Shown here: positions 8,737 through 17,940 of the stretch, piece by piece
How positions within the stretch are numbered: the first letter of the stretch is position 1
Layout: every line of letters begins with the position of its first letter
DNA from: Parcubacteria group bacterium
GTDB lineage: Bacteria > Patescibacteriota > Minisyncoccia > UBA6257 > Colwellbacteraceae
Length of the DNA stretch: 64,000 nucleotides
Direction of reading: 5' to 3'
Assembly: GCA_041649615.1 (NCBI GenBank)
Contig: JBAZMT010000001.1
Coordinates: 90,981-154,980, forward strand
Program-made: the position numbers and the translations under genes
The notes under the pieces: model-generated
What the model was told of the DNA's origin: nothing
Seen by the model: the letters and a program-made list of their open reading frames with translations, nothing else
Databases searched by the model: none

Positions 8737-10017
8737 TTATTCCGTAACTTCGTATTCCCTCATCTTTAACTGAGAATCAATTTGATTCCAAGAATCAAGA
8801 GCAACCGAAACGACGATCAAAAGCGCCGTTCCGCCGATTACAAAGCTATGACCCACAAACGATTGAACCGCGATAGGAAGAATGGCAATAAGTCCCAAGA
8901 ACAACGCGCCGAAAAGAGTGATTTTATTAACAATCGTAGAAATGTATTTGGAAGTCGGTTCTCCGGGTCTCGTACCTGGAATAAACCCTCCCGATTGCTG
9001 GAGATTTTTGGAGATTTCTTTCGGATCAAACACGACCGCGGTGTAGAAATAAGTGAATATGAAAACCAAAAAGAAATAGATCAGTCCGTAGGCAAGTTGA
9101 TTGCTCATGAATCGGGTAATGGCGTCATTTATGCCCGTTCCGATACCGGGAGCGAAGCTCACAATGATTTGCCCCAACATTTGAGGGAAAGAAAGCATCG
9201 CCATTGCGAAGATAATCGGAATGACCCCCGCTTGGTTGACTCTTATCGGAAGATAACTTTCAACTCCGCCGTAGACTCTATTGCCTCTTATTCTTTTCGG
9301 ATAAGAGACCAATACTTTGTGTTCTCCCTGGTTCACAAACACCACTCCCGCGATGACGACAAGCGCGATTACGGCGAAAATAAGAAGAGTGTCCCATCTC
9401 ATCAATCCTTCCGAGATCTGGGCGAAAACGTTTCCGAGCGTCATGGGAAGACCGGCGACTATTCCCGCAAAGATTATGAGAGAAACGCCGTTTCCCAATT
9501 TTTGCTCGTCAATCAGCTCGCCGACCCAGAGAAGAATCATTGACGCGGCCGTGGCAGTTAGGGCGTTTATCCAGAAAGACAAATCAAGCAAACTGAAGGC
9601 CGGAAAAACTTTTTGGGAAACGAGAAAAGTGAGCAAGGCGTACGTTTGGAGTATCGCGAGAGGTACGGTTATAAATCGGCTCAACCGGTTGAATTTGGCT
9701 CTTCCGGCGGCTCCTTCTTCGTAGTAAATCTCTTTAAGACGCGGGAAGACCATCGTCAAAAGCTGAAGGATTATAGTCGCCGTGATGTAAGGACCTACAC
9801 CCAAGAGAGCGATAGAAAGTTTGCCGATCGCTCCTCCCGAGAAAATGTTTAAAATCCCAAAAAAATTGTTAGCGGCAAGAAGTCCTTTTAAAGCCTCAAG
9901 ATTTACTCCCGGTAAAGGAATGGCCGCCAACAGTCTAAAGAAAACGAGTAGACCCAAAATCACCAAGATTTTTTTCCTGGTGTCCGGGTGTCTGAATATT
10001 TCTAAAATCTTAGCCAT
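8737..10017 (-). CDS. secY: preprotein translocase SecY
   Basis: 426 aa; 10 TM topology, N-terminus aligns to SecY from residue 1 (…VFFRLLAAIPLPGV…NIFSGGA). Confidence 0.95.
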   Translation of the reverse strand: MAKILEIFRHPDTRKKILVILGLLVFFRLLAAIPLPGVNLEALKGLLAANNFFGILNIFSGGAIGKLSIALLGVGPYITATIILQLLTMVFPRLKEIYYEEGAAGRAKFNRLSRFITVPLAILQTYALLTFLVSQKVFPAFSLLDLSFWINALTATAASMILLWVGELIDEQKLGNGVSLIIFAGIVAGLPMTLGNVFAQISEGLMRWDTLLIFAVIALVVIAGVVFVNQGEHKVLVSYPKRIRGNRVYGGVESYLPIRVNQAGVIPIIFAMAMLSFPQMLGQIIVSFAPGIGTGINDAITRFMSNQLAYGLIYFFLVFIFTYFYTAVVFDPKEISKNLQQSGGFIPGTRPGEPTSKYISTIVNKITLFGALFLGLIAILPIAVQSFVGHSFVIGGTALLIVVSVALDSWNQIDSQLKMREYEVTE

Positions 10018-10198
10018 GCTTTCCTCTGAGCTTCGGCGTCCTCTGCACCAAATCTCTTACGGCAGGTCGGATTTTTCTTCCCGCTCGGGATTTCTGTCCT
10101 TTTTGTCCCCTTCCGGCCGTACGACCGCGTTTTCCTCCGCGAGCGATCCGCTTCTTGTCCTTATTATAGTGCTCTGGTTGTAATTCGTGTAGCTGCAT
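10010..10198 (-). CDS. rplO: ribosomal protein L15, only N-terminal 62 aa (mini-L15)
   Basis: KRIARGGKRGRTAGRGQKGQKSRAG matches L15 N-terminal G/R-rich motif; ORF stops overlapping secY start; no alternative frame continues. Confidence 0.6.
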   Translation of the reverse strand: MQLHELQPEHYNKDKKRIARGGKRGRTAGRGQKGQKSRAGRKIRPAVRDLVQRTPKLRGKHG

Positions 10199-10789
10199 TT
10201 ATTTGGAGCTTTTCAGTTTTTTGAGCGCTTCAATCGTGGCCATGGCGTTCGTAAGTTTGTTTTTCGTTCCGCCCAAACATTTGGCGGTAACGTCTTTAAC
10301 GCCCGATAAGAGCATTACGGCTCTCACCGCTCCACCCGCCATGAGTCCGTGTCCGACTTGGGCCGGTTTGAGTAAGACTTCCGCGGCGGAAAATTTCGCT
10401 TTCGTCTCGTGAGGTATCGTTCCGTTCACGATTTTAAAAGTAATAAGTTTTCTCTTGGCGGCGGTTTTGGCTTTTTGAATGGCGGCTTGAACGTCCGCGC
10501 CTTTCGCCACGCCTACGCCAACCGTTCCTTTGCCGTCTCCAATGACGACTGTCGCTCTGAATCTGAATCTCTTTCCTCCGGCAACAACGCGAGTAACGCG
10601 TCTTAAATCAAGAACGGATTCGTTCATTCCATCTCTTTCTTTTTCCGGCCGAGAATTGCGGCGAGGTCCTCCGTCTCTTCTAGAACCGGTGCGCCTCATA
10701 TTTCTGCCTCTGCCATTATTTTCGGGAGAAGGAGTGTTTCTAACCTCTGTCGGCGCCGTATTATTTTGTATTTCTTTTTCGTGAGCCAT
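10199..10789 (-). CDS. rpsE: ribosomal protein S5 with ~60-aa low-complexity N-terminal extension
   Basis: RVTRVVAGGKRFRFRATVVIGDGKGTVGVGVAKGADVQAAIQKA. Confidence 0.9.
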   Translation of the reverse strand: MAHEKEIQNNTAPTEVRNTPSPENNGRGRNMRRTGSRRDGGPRRNSRPEKERDGMNESVLDLRRVTRVVAGGKRFRFRATVVIGDGKGTVGVGVAKGADVQAAIQKAKTAAKRKLITFKIVNGTIPHETKAKFSAAEVLLKPAQVGHGLMAGGAVRAVMLLSGVKDVTAKCLGGTKNKLTNAMATIEALKKLKSSK

Positions 10790-10796
10790 GATTCGC

Positions 10797-11150
10797 TTAT
10801 ATTTTGATTCCTGATTTTCTTAAGGCTTCCGCGACAGATTTAATCCGACCGTGATATTTATAAGGGCCTTTATCAAAGACCATCATTTCAATTCCCGCTT
10901 CTTTAGCTTTTTTCGCCATAAGAGTACCGAGAGATTCGGCTCTTTCCGATTTCGTTTTACCTTCTTTCAGTTCTCTTGTGGAGGCCGAGGCGATGGTTTT
11001 ACGAACAGAGTCGTCAATCGCTTGAGCATACGTGTATCGGTTGCTTCTAAATACCGAAAGCCTCGGCTTTTTGGCCGTACCCAAAAGTTTCGCCCGCGTG
11101 CGCAAGGCTCTCTTTTTCGTTCTTAGGTTGTTTCTTTTAATTCGGTTCAT
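10797..11150 (-). CDS. rplR: ribosomal protein L18
   Basis: 117 aa; RLSVFRSNRYTYAQAIDD. Confidence 0.9.
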   Translation of the reverse strand: MNRIKRNNLRTKKRALRTRAKLLGTAKKPRLSVFRSNRYTYAQAIDDSVRKTIASASTRELKEGKTKSERAESLGTLMAKKAKEAGIEMMVFDKGPYKYHGRIKSVAEALRKSGIKI

Positions 11151-11171
11151 GGCAACATTAAAAGACGCATA

Positions 11172-11723
11172 TTACTTGGATTCGCCGGCTCCGGCAACTT
11201 TCTTACCGGCCTTTCTTCTTATAACTTCACCCACGTACATTATTCCGGTTCCTTTGTACGGCTCCGGTTTTTTGATCGCTCGGATTTCCGCGGCGACTTC
11301 TCCCACCATTCGTTTGTCCGCGCCGGAAATTTTCAGAATGTTTTTTTCCGTAGAAGCTTTTACGCCCTCGGGAAGTTCAAACTTAACCGGATGAGAAAAA
11401 CCGACGCTTAAGACGATCGAGTTGCCTTCAATGTTGGCTCTGTAACCGACTCCCTCGATTTTCAGCTCTTTCACGAAGTCCGAGGTTACTCCCAAAACGG
11501 CGTTTGCAGCGAGCGCTCTCATCGTGCCCCAGTTAGACTTGGTTTGCTTGTCCGAGGAAGAAATACTGAATGATAAAACGTTGTCTTCCATTTTAGGTGA
11601 GACTCCGGGCAAGATAGGAACTTCTAAATTTCCGTTTTTTCCGGAAAATTTAATCACGTCTTCGTTTATAGCGAGATTTACTCCTTCGGGAATATTTATA
11701 ATTTGTTTTCCGATTTTAGACAT
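11172..11723 (-). CDS. rplF: ribosomal protein L6
   Basis: 183 aa; two-domain L6 pattern. Confidence 0.9.
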   Translation of the reverse strand: MSKIGKQIINIPEGVNLAINEDVIKFSGKNGNLEVPILPGVSPKMEDNVLSFSISSSDKQTKSNWGTMRALAANAVLGVTSDFVKELKIEGVGYRANIEGNSIVLSVGFSHPVKFELPEGVKASTEKNILKISGADKRMVGEVAAEIRAIKKPEPYKGTGIMYVGEVIRRKAGKKVAGAGESK

Positions 11724-11726
11724 GAG

Positions 11727-12107
11727 TTACCAGATTTCAAATAAGACTTCGCCGCCGATTTTTGCCATTCTCGCTTCTTTTCCCGTCATTATCCCTTTCG
11801 GGGTCGTCATAAAATAATCGCCGTATCCTTGTTTGGACGAGCGAATGTCCTTATAACCCAGATAAGTTCTTCGCGAAGGCCGGCTTACGAGCTTTATCCC
11901 GTTAATTTTAGATTCGTCCCCTTCATATTTAACAGCGATATCAATGATTTTTTTGACGCTTCTTCCTTTCTTCTCGGCAGATTCCAAATAGCCCCTTCTC
12001 ACGAGGGCCTCCGCTATTTCGTAATCAAGTCTGGAAAAAGGTGCCTTAAGCCTCCGCTTTCCGGCCATTACGGCATTCCTTATTCTTGTTAGCATGCTTA
12101 TATACAT
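11727..12107 (-). CDS. rpsH: ribosomal protein S8
   Basis: 126 aa; MLTRIRNA motif. Confidence 0.9.
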   Translation of the reverse strand: MYISMLTRIRNAVMAGKRRLKAPFSRLDYEIAEALVRRGYLESAEKKGRSVKKIIDIAVKYEGDESKINGIKLVSRPSRRTYLGYKDIRSSKQGYGDYFMTTPKGIMTGKEARMAKIGGEVLFEIW

Positions 12108-12119
12108 GGGTGGTGTTGT

Positions 12120-12305
12120 TTACCAAGAAGCTTTTTTAACGCCCGGGACCATGCCTTTGGAAGCGAGTTCCCTGAAGCATATTCGGCAAAGGCCAAAATC
12201 CCTTATATAGCCGTGTTTTCGGCCGCATTTAAAACAGCGGTTCACTGCCCGCGTGCTGAATTTTGGTTTTTTTCTAGCTCTCGCTATTACCGATTCTTTA
12301 GCCAT
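12120..12305 (-). CDS. rpsN: ribosomal protein S14 type Z (zinc-binding)
   Basis: 61 aa; [20 protein letters not shown]. Confidence 0.9.
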   Translation of the reverse strand: MAKESVIARARKKPKFSTRAVNRCFKCGRKHGYIRDFGLCRICFRELASKGMVPGVKKASW

Positions 12306-12310
12306 ATTTT

Positions 12311-12811
12311 TTATTTAACGGCGACTAATGGTATCCCTTTTTCCTTGAAAAAATCAATGGCTTCTTCCCGGGTTAATCCTTCCGTGACGAGCGTTACTTC
12401 CAAGCCAAAAGTGACTTTTGACGACTCGGGGCTTGCTTCGGGAAAAACGAACTGATCTTTAAAGCCAAGGTTCAAATTACCCGCTCCGTCAACTTTGCTT
12501 TCGGGAACGCCCCTGAAATCTCTTACGCGGGGAAGAACTATTTTGGCGAGTTTGTTGAAAAAATCTTCCTTTCTTTTTCCGCGCAAGGTAGCGACCACTC
12601 CCACAACGTCGTTTTGTCTAACTTTAAATCCGGCGACCGATTTTTTCGCTTTTCTCACAGCGGGTCTTTGACCGACAATGTTCCCTAACTCCGAAATAAT
12701 ATCCGGAAGAACTTTCTCCTCAAAACTCGCGTTTTGACCACGCATTTTTCCGATACCCGCCGAAACGACTATTTTAAAAAGATTATTTAATTTTTCTCCG
12801 GATTTTCTCAT
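12311..12811 (-). CDS. rplE: ribosomal protein L5 (start taken at internal Met MRKSGEK, ORF caller extends to 12952 over rplX)
   Basis: L5 fold; upstream 47 codons overlap rplX. Confidence 0.85.
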   Translation of the reverse strand: MRKSGEKLNNLFKIVVSAGIGKMRGQNASFEEKVLPDIISELGNIVGQRPAVRKAKKSVAGFKVRQNDVVGVVATLRGKRKEDFFNKLAKIVLPRVRDFRGVPESKVDGAGNLNLGFKDQFVFPEASPESSKVTFGLEVTLVTEGLTREEAIDFFKEKGIPLVAVK

Positions 12812-12812
12812 T

Positions 12813-13118
12813 TTAAATCGTTGCTTTGCATTTTCTGCAGATCTTCTGCTTCTTGTCATCCTGAATGGAATAACCAATCCTCGTCGGTTTTCCGCATGAC
12901 GGACAAATAAGCATAACGTTATTTGCGGAAACCGGATGGGCGACGGAAACAATCTGGCCGTGCTCGCCCTGCTTCTTCGGTTTCACCGCTTTTTTAACCT
13001 GGTTTAATCCGTGAACGAGGACTCTGTTTTCTTTGGGAAACACTAAATCAATCTTGCCGGTTTTACCGCGATCTTTGCCTTTCATAATCATTACGTTGTC
13101 TCCTTTCTTTATCTTCAT
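12813..13118 (-). CDS. rplX: ribosomal protein L24 with C-terminal C4 zinc-ribbon extension
   Basis: KOW motif KKGDNVMIMKGKDRGKTGKI; CPSCG...CRKC tail. Confidence 0.85.
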   Translation of the reverse strand: MKIKKGDNVMIMKGKDRGKTGKIDLVFPKENRVLVHGLNQVKKAVKPKKQGEHGQIVSVAHPVSANNVMLICPSCGKPTRIGYSIQDDKKQKICRKCKATI

Positions 13119-13122
13119 TGTT

Positions 13123-13491
13123 TTAAACTATGTCTTCGGCAAGCGAGACTATTTTTTCATAACCTTTTTCCTTGAGTTCCCGGGGGATCGGACCGAAGAT
13201 ACGGGTTCCGACCGGTTCTTTTTTGGCATTAATAAGTACGGCGGCGTTATCGTCAAAACGGACGTAAAGTCCTCCTCTTCTTCTCATGTTCGTTCTGGCG
13301 CGAACGATGACGGCCTTCACGATGTCTTTTTTCTTAACGTTTTTTCTCGGCTCCGCCACTTGAACGGAAGCGATGATAACGTCTCCCAAACGCGCGATTT
13401 TTTTTCGGCTTCCGCCAAGAATGCGAAAACAACGGATGGTCTTCGCTCCTGAATTGTCGGCAACTTTTAATATGGATCTTTCTTGAATCAT
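13123..13491 (-). CDS. rplN: ribosomal protein L14
   Basis: 122 aa; MIQERSILKVADNSGAK. Confidence 0.9.
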   Translation of the reverse strand: MIQERSILKVADNSGAKTIRCFRILGGSRKKIARLGDVIIASVQVAEPRKNVKKKDIVKAVIVRARTNMRRRGGLYVRFDDNAAVLINAKKEPVGTRIFGPIPRELKEKGYEKIVSLAEDIV

Positions 13492-13495
13492 TATT

Positions 13496-13747
13496 TTAGG
13501 AAGCTTTTGAAATGACCCTCCATCTCTTTTCTCTGGAGAGCGGTCTCGTTTCTTCTATCACGACTTTATCTCCGACATGATAAGCGTTTTCTTCGTCATG
13601 CGCTTTGAACTTTTTATTGAAGCCGAACTGTTTTCCGTATTTCGGTTCGTTTTTTACGCGTAGCACGGATACGACTACAGTCTTGTCGTTCTTGTCGGAT
13701 ACCACTACGCCCGTGAGTCTTCTTGTTTTTTTAGCAGTTTTTTCCAT
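13496..13747 (-). CDS. rpsQ: ribosomal protein S17
   Basis: 83 aa; [18 protein letters not shown]-fold start. Confidence 0.9.
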   Translation of the reverse strand: MEKTAKKTRRLTGVVVSDKNDKTVVVSVLRVKNEPKYGKQFGFNKKFKAHDEENAYHVGDKVVIEETRPLSREKRWRVISKAS

Positions 13748-13748
13748 G

Positions 13749-14159
13749 TTATTTGACGATGACTCTTGTTTTAACCGGGAGTTTATGACCGGCTATTCGG
13801 AAAGCATCGCGCGCGACCGATTCGGGGACGCCGTCCATTTCAAAAATTATCCGACCGGGTTTTACCGGACAGACGTAGTGATCAACCGCTCCTTTACCCG
13901 CGCCCATCGTAACTTCGGGCGGTTTCTGGGTTATCGGTTTATCGGGGAAAATCCGGATCCATATTTTTCCTTCTCTTTTAATGAAGTTCGTGAGCGCTTT
14001 TCTCGCGGCTTCAATTTGAGCGGAAGTTACCCAAGACGAGCCAAGCGACTGAAGGCCATAGGAACCAAAAGAAAGCTCCAAACCGCGCGTTTCAGTCGTT
14101 CTTTTGAGGGAGCGTCCTTTTTGCCATTTTCTATGTTTTACCTTCTTTGGAATAAGCAT
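13749..14159 (-). CDS. rplP: ribosomal protein L16
   Basis: 136 aa; [16 protein letters not shown]. Confidence 0.9.
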   Translation of the reverse strand: MLIPKKVKHRKWQKGRSLKRTTETRGLELSFGSYGLQSLGSSWVTSAQIEAARKALTNFIKREGKIWIRIFPDKPITQKPPEVTMGAGKGAVDHYVCPVKPGRIIFEMDGVPESVARDAFRIAGHKLPVKTRVIVK

Positions 14160-14168
14160 GGGATTTGT

Positions 14169-14864
14169 TTATTTCTGGGACTCCGCGGCCTCTTTTTCCT
14201 TGAAAACCTCGCCTTTATAAATCCAAACTTTTATACCAATTGTGCCGTAAGTAGTAAAGGCGGTCGCTTCGCCGTAATCAACGTCCGCTCGAAGGGTCGT
14301 CAAAGGGAGACTTCCGGCCGTAAGCCATTCGGTTCTTGCGATTTCCGCACCGTCTAATCGTCCACCGACTTTGATTTTCACGCCCTTGACTCCTCTTATC
14401 GCCATCGTTTCATCAAGATATTTCTTAATGGTTCTCCTGAACTTAAATCTGCGCTCCAAATCGGACGCAATGTTTTCGGCGACAACTTGAGCCGCGACTT
14501 CGCCTCTCGGAAGTTCGGAAACGTTAAGACTGACATTCGGAACGGGTTCGTTTATCTTGTTTTTCCTCCTTAGTTTTATGATTCCTTTGATCACTTCCTT
14601 ATTCAAATCTTCTATGCCTTTTCCGCCGCGTCCGATTATGAGTCCCGGACGAGCAGCTTTAATGAATATCCGATAAGCGTTTGCCGTGCGTTCAATAGTA
14701 ACGTGAACAACGCCCGCTTGGGACAGTTTTTTTGAAATAATGTTTCTTATAAGAACGTCTTCCTCAAGAAAACGCCTGGTTTTTTCCGCGTTTCCAATCC
14801 AACGGGCGTTCCATCCTCTCAGTATTCCTAGTCTTAACGAATTGGGTTTAATTTTGTGTCCCAT
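14169..14864 (-). CDS. rpsC: ribosomal protein S3
   Basis: 231 aa; KH + S3-C domains. Confidence 0.9.
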   Translation of the reverse strand: MGHKIKPNSLRLGILRGWNARWIGNAEKTRRFLEEDVLIRNIISKKLSQAGVVHVTIERTANAYRIFIKAARPGLIIGRGGKGIEDLNKEVIKGIIKLRRKNKINEPVPNVSLNVSELPRGEVAAQVVAENIASDLERRFKFRRTIKKYLDETMAIRGVKGVKIKVGGRLDGAEIARTEWLTAGSLPLTTLRADVDYGEATAFTTYGTIGIKVWIYKGEVFKEKEAAESQK

Positions 14865-14870
14865 GATAAT

Positions 14871-15416
14871 TTATATGGCTTTTCGCCTGAACATTCTTTT
14901 AACCGCGTTTTCGGCTTTTTTCTCGGCCGGTTGACGGGCGGCTTTTTCTTTAGATTCCTTTTTTTCTTTCGGTTTGGGTTCTTCTTTCTTCAGAGTTTTA
15001 TCGGAAGTTTTGCCGCGTTTCGGAGCTTTTTTGGTTTTCTTCTTCTGGATCGGTTCGGAAATGGCAAAACGGCTTTTTTTTGAGGAGTCTGAAGCGAGCA
15101 CAATCGTTACATGGGAGAATTTTTTATGCAAAGGCGTGGCCATACCTCTCGCGCGAGGCAACCATCTTTTTAAAACCGGCCCTTCGTCAGCCCAGATTTC
15201 TTTAACAAAAAGAGTATCCGCGGCCAGACCTTTATTTTTGGCGTTGGCAACGGCGCTTCGCAAAAGTTTTAAAATAGGTCGAACGGCGCGTTCGCGTCTG
15301 AACAAAAGCTGCGCTTCGGCTTCTCCAACGGGAAGACCCGAAATAATCCGAATAATACCTCTTACCTTTCTCGGAGTAATATCCAATCTATTCAGTTTTG
15401 CCGTTACGTCTGCCAT
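14871..15416 (-). CDS. rplV: ribosomal protein L22 with ~65-aa Lys-rich C-terminal tail
   Basis: L22 core then KKKTKKAPKRGKTSDKTLKKEEPKPKEKKESKEK. Confidence 0.85.
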   Translation of the reverse strand: MADVTAKLNRLDITPRKVRGIIRIISGLPVGEAEAQLLFRRERAVRPILKLLRSAVANAKNKGLAADTLFVKEIWADEGPVLKRWLPRARGMATPLHKKFSHVTIVLASDSSKKSRFAISEPIQKKKTKKAPKRGKTSDKTLKKEEPKPKEKKESKEKAARQPAEKKAENAVKRMFRRKAI

Positions 15417-15426
15417 TGGTTATTTT

Positions 15427-15735
15427 TTATTTTCCTGCCGGGGAAGGAGTAGCTGCGCCGGCGCTTTTTTCGGCTTCTTTTTGCAGTTTTCCGCCGTGAC
15501 GGACGAATTTCTTGGTGGGAGCGAATTCACCGAGCCGATGACCTACCATTTCTTCCGTAACTCTCACTTCAACGAACGATTTTCCGGTATGCACCGAAAA
15601 AACGCAACCGACCATTTCGGGGGCAATTTCCGAGGACCTGGACCAAGTTTTGATGGGAGTCGTCTTATCGGAAGCGAGCGCTTTCTTCAAGAGCTTCTCG
15701 TCAACGTACGGTCCTTTTCTGGTACTTCTAGACAT
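15427..15735 (-). CDS. rpsS: ribosomal protein S19
   Basis: 102 aa; [23 protein letters not shown]. Confidence 0.9.
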   Translation of the reverse strand: MSRSTRKGPYVDEKLLKKALASDKTTPIKTWSRSSEIAPEMVGCVFSVHTGKSFVEVRVTEEMVGHRLGEFAPTKKFVRHGGKLQKEAEKSAGAATPSPAGK

Positions 15736-15738
15736 GAT

Positions 15739-16575
15739 TTATTTTCTACTCTTTTTCACTCTTCTTTTCACGATGAGGGTGTTTGACCATTTTTTCTTAT
15801 TCCTGGTTTTCCGGCCTCCGGTAACTTTTCCGGTAAAGCTTTTCGGTTTTCTCGTTCCTCTCGGTTGTCTGCCTTCTCCGCCGCCGTACGGATGGTCGCA
15901 AGGATTCATGGCCGTTCCCCTAACGGTAGGTCTTATTCCCATGCCTCTTACGCGTCCCGCTTTGCCGATATTCACAAGCTGCCAGTCGGGATTGGAGACT
16001 TGGCCAATGGTCGCAAAACCGTCGGAAAGAACTCTTCTTACTTCGCCCGAAGCCATTTTAAGATGACTGTATCCGGCATCGTGTCCCTGCACTTCAACGT
16101 ATGAACCGGCCGAACGGGCGAGTTGTCCGCCTTTGCCGGGATTAACTTCCACGTTATAAACCTGGGTACCGACCGGAATGTTTTTAAGCCTCATTCGATT
16201 GCCGACAGTAAAGGAAGCGGACTCGGCGGTAATCACTTTGTCTCCAATTTTTATGCCAAAAGGCGCCAAGGAGTATCTTCTTTCACCGTCTTTATAGAGA
16301 AGCTTCATTATAAAAGCCGTTCTGTAGGGATCGTATTCCAGCGTTTCCACTCTCGCCGGGACGTTAAGCTTGTCGGTCGCAACAAAATCAACCAACCGAT
16401 AAAGTTTCTTATTTCCTCCCCCTTGGTGACGAACGGTGATGCGCCCCTGACTGTTTCTTCCGGATTTTGATTGGATTTTAAAAGTTAAATTCCGATCGCA
16501 GACACCGTTCAAGACGCCGTAATCGGGTAGGCTCATATGTCTTCTTGAGGGAGTTGTCGGATTAAACTTTTTCAT
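15739..16575 (-). CDS. rplB: ribosomal protein L2
   Basis: 278 aa; GGGEGRQPRGT, HPYGGGEG motifs. Confidence 0.95.
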   Translation of the reverse strand: MKKFNPTTPSRRHMSLPDYGVLNGVCDRNLTFKIQSKSGRNSQGRITVRHQGGGNKKLYRLVDFVATDKLNVPARVETLEYDPYRTAFIMKLLYKDGERRYSLAPFGIKIGDKVITAESASFTVGNRMRLKNIPVGTQVYNVEVNPGKGGQLARSAGSYVEVQGHDAGYSHLKMASGEVRRVLSDGFATIGQVSNPDWQLVNIGKAGRVRGMGIRPTVRGTAMNPCDHPYGGGEGRQPRGTRKPKSFTGKVTGGRKTRNKKKWSNTLIVKRRVKKSRK

Positions 16576-16798
16576 TGATGGTTTGTCCCGTTTTTAAGGC
16601 GACTATCGCTTTTTTCCGGTTTGCGATGCGTACGGTTCTAACCGATACCACGTTCACTTTATGGTTTTTCTCAAGCGTTTTTTTGATCTCGCTCTTATTA
16701 GCAGAACGGAGAACGTCAAAAACATACTTGTTCTCGTTTTTGAGAAACCCCGCTTTTTCGGTTATGTGAGGTTTTTTTATGAGTTCCTTATTCGGCAT
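16562..16798 (-). CDS. rplW: ribosomal protein L23
   Basis: 78 aa; position between L4 and L2. Confidence 0.85.
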   Translation of the reverse strand: MPNKELIKKPHITEKAGFLKNENKYVFDVLRSANKSEIKKTLEKNHKVNVVSVRTVRIANRKKAIVALKTGQTINEKV

Positions 16799-17411
16799 GA
16801 TAGTGATTTTCTATTGCGTTCACGGCTTCTTTTTCAAGCAGGATGTCCTTATAACACAAAAGGTCGTAGACGTTAAGGGATTTCGGATCAAGACTTTTAA
16901 CCTTCGGGATATTCGCCGAAGCTTTATAAATATTTTTATTTTCAGCAGAAGGCACGATGAGAGCGCTTTTTGAAAACGGCTGGATCAATGCCACCGCAAG
17001 ACGGGTTTTCGGTTCGGAAATGGAAAGAGATTCCACGACTTTCAATTCTCCTTCGGCGAGCTTTTTGGAAAGAACGGAGAATATGGCCGCTTGTTTCATC
17101 TTCTTGTTTATCTTTCTCGCAAAAATCTTCTCATTGGAAGGCCCGAAGGTAACGCCTCCTCCTCTCCAAAGCGGTGAACGAATTGAACCGTGCCTCGCGC
17201 GACCGGTTCCCTTTTGCCTCCACGGTTTTTTTCCGCCGCCGCGCACTTCTCCGCGTCCTTTGGTGTGTGCGACGGGAACACGCGCGTTTGAAAGCTGCGC
17301 CTTAAGCGCTTGGTTTACAAGATCAGGGTTCCATGGAGCATTGAAGACTTTCTCCGAGAGTTCCACTTTCCCCGTTACTTTGGCTTTATTGTCGTAAAGT
17401 TCCGCAATCAT
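16788..17411 (-). CDS. rplD: ribosomal protein L4
   Basis: 207 aa; KGRGEVRGGGKKPWRQKGTGRARHGS. Confidence 0.9.
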   Translation of the reverse strand: MIAELYDNKAKVTGKVELSEKVFNAPWNPDLVNQALKAQLSNARVPVAHTKGRGEVRGGGKKPWRQKGTGRARHGSIRSPLWRGGGVTFGPSNEKIFARKINKKMKQAAIFSVLSKKLAEGELKVVESLSISEPKTRLAVALIQPFSKSALIVPSAENKNIYKASANIPKVKSLDPKSLNVYDLLCYKDILLEKEAVNAIENHYHAE

Positions 17412-17414
17412 GAT

Positions 17415-17837
17415 TTATAAATATATTTTGACTTTACTGCCGCGAGTTCCGGGAACCGAACCGTTCACGGCAAGCATTTTGTTTTCGGGGACCCAGGAAA
17501 TAACTTTTATCCGCTTCAGTGTTTTTCTGTCCCCTCCCATTCGGCCGCCCATTTTTCTTCCAGGAATTACGCGTTGCGGAGCGGTAGGACCGAGTGATCC
17601 CGGAGCTCTGTGACGATTTTTCTGACCGTGAGTCTTGGGACCTCCGGCAAATCCATGTCTTTTAACCACTCCTTGAAAGCCTTTTCCTTTTGAAACGCCC
17701 ACAATTTTACCCAAAACGAGCCCTTCGGAAAGTTCGGGGCTTTCTGGCTCGTCGATCAAAATCCAGGTGACGGGAAATGCGTCCGCATCCCTTAAAATCT
17801 GATCCATTTTCACTTTTCGGCCGATAATGGGATTCAT
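17415..17837 (-). CDS. rplC: ribosomal protein L3 (short, 140 aa)
   Basis: KGKGFQGVVKRHGF, GSKVKIY; shorter than typical ~210 aa. Confidence 0.8.
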   Translation of the reverse strand: MNPIIGRKVKMDQILRDADAFPVTWILIDEPESPELSEGLVLGKIVGVSKGKGFQGVVKRHGFAGGPKTHGQKNRHRAPGSLGPTAPQRVIPGRKMGGRMGGDRKTLKRIKVISWVPENKMLAVNGSVPGTRGSKVKIYL

Positions 17838-17860
17838 TTTTCTAAAGCGCGAGTTTTTCG

Positions 17861-17891
17861 CAAAAAAATAACCGGGATAGCCTCGGTTATT
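17861..17891 (-). terminator. hairpin (AAUAACCG...CGGUUAUU) plus U7 tract between rpsJ and rplC; possible internal attenuator/terminator
   Basis: 8-bp stem, 9-nt loop, followed on minus strand by UUUUUUUG. Confidence 0.4.
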
Positions 17892-17940
17892 TTTTCCTGT
17901 TTTTCTCGGCTATTCTCTCTAAAGAGAGGCGCCTTGAATG

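Noticed and set aside
8782-9543. Long plus-strand ORFs antisense to secY, the r-protein genes, secD and others (e.g. 8782..9543, 13605..14357, 14974..15786, 36198..37019, 47548..48177)
   Set aside because: They are low-complexity, R/S/G-rich translations of the antisense strand of well-supported genes. They have no motifs and overlap their host genes completely.
10010-10198. Simple frameshift explanation for the short L15
   Set aside because: I translated the other two frames across the junction and neither yields L15-like sequence. secY begins at its conserved N-terminus overlapping the L15 stop, so there is no room for the remaining ~80 residues. An assembly error still cannot be excluded from sequence alone.
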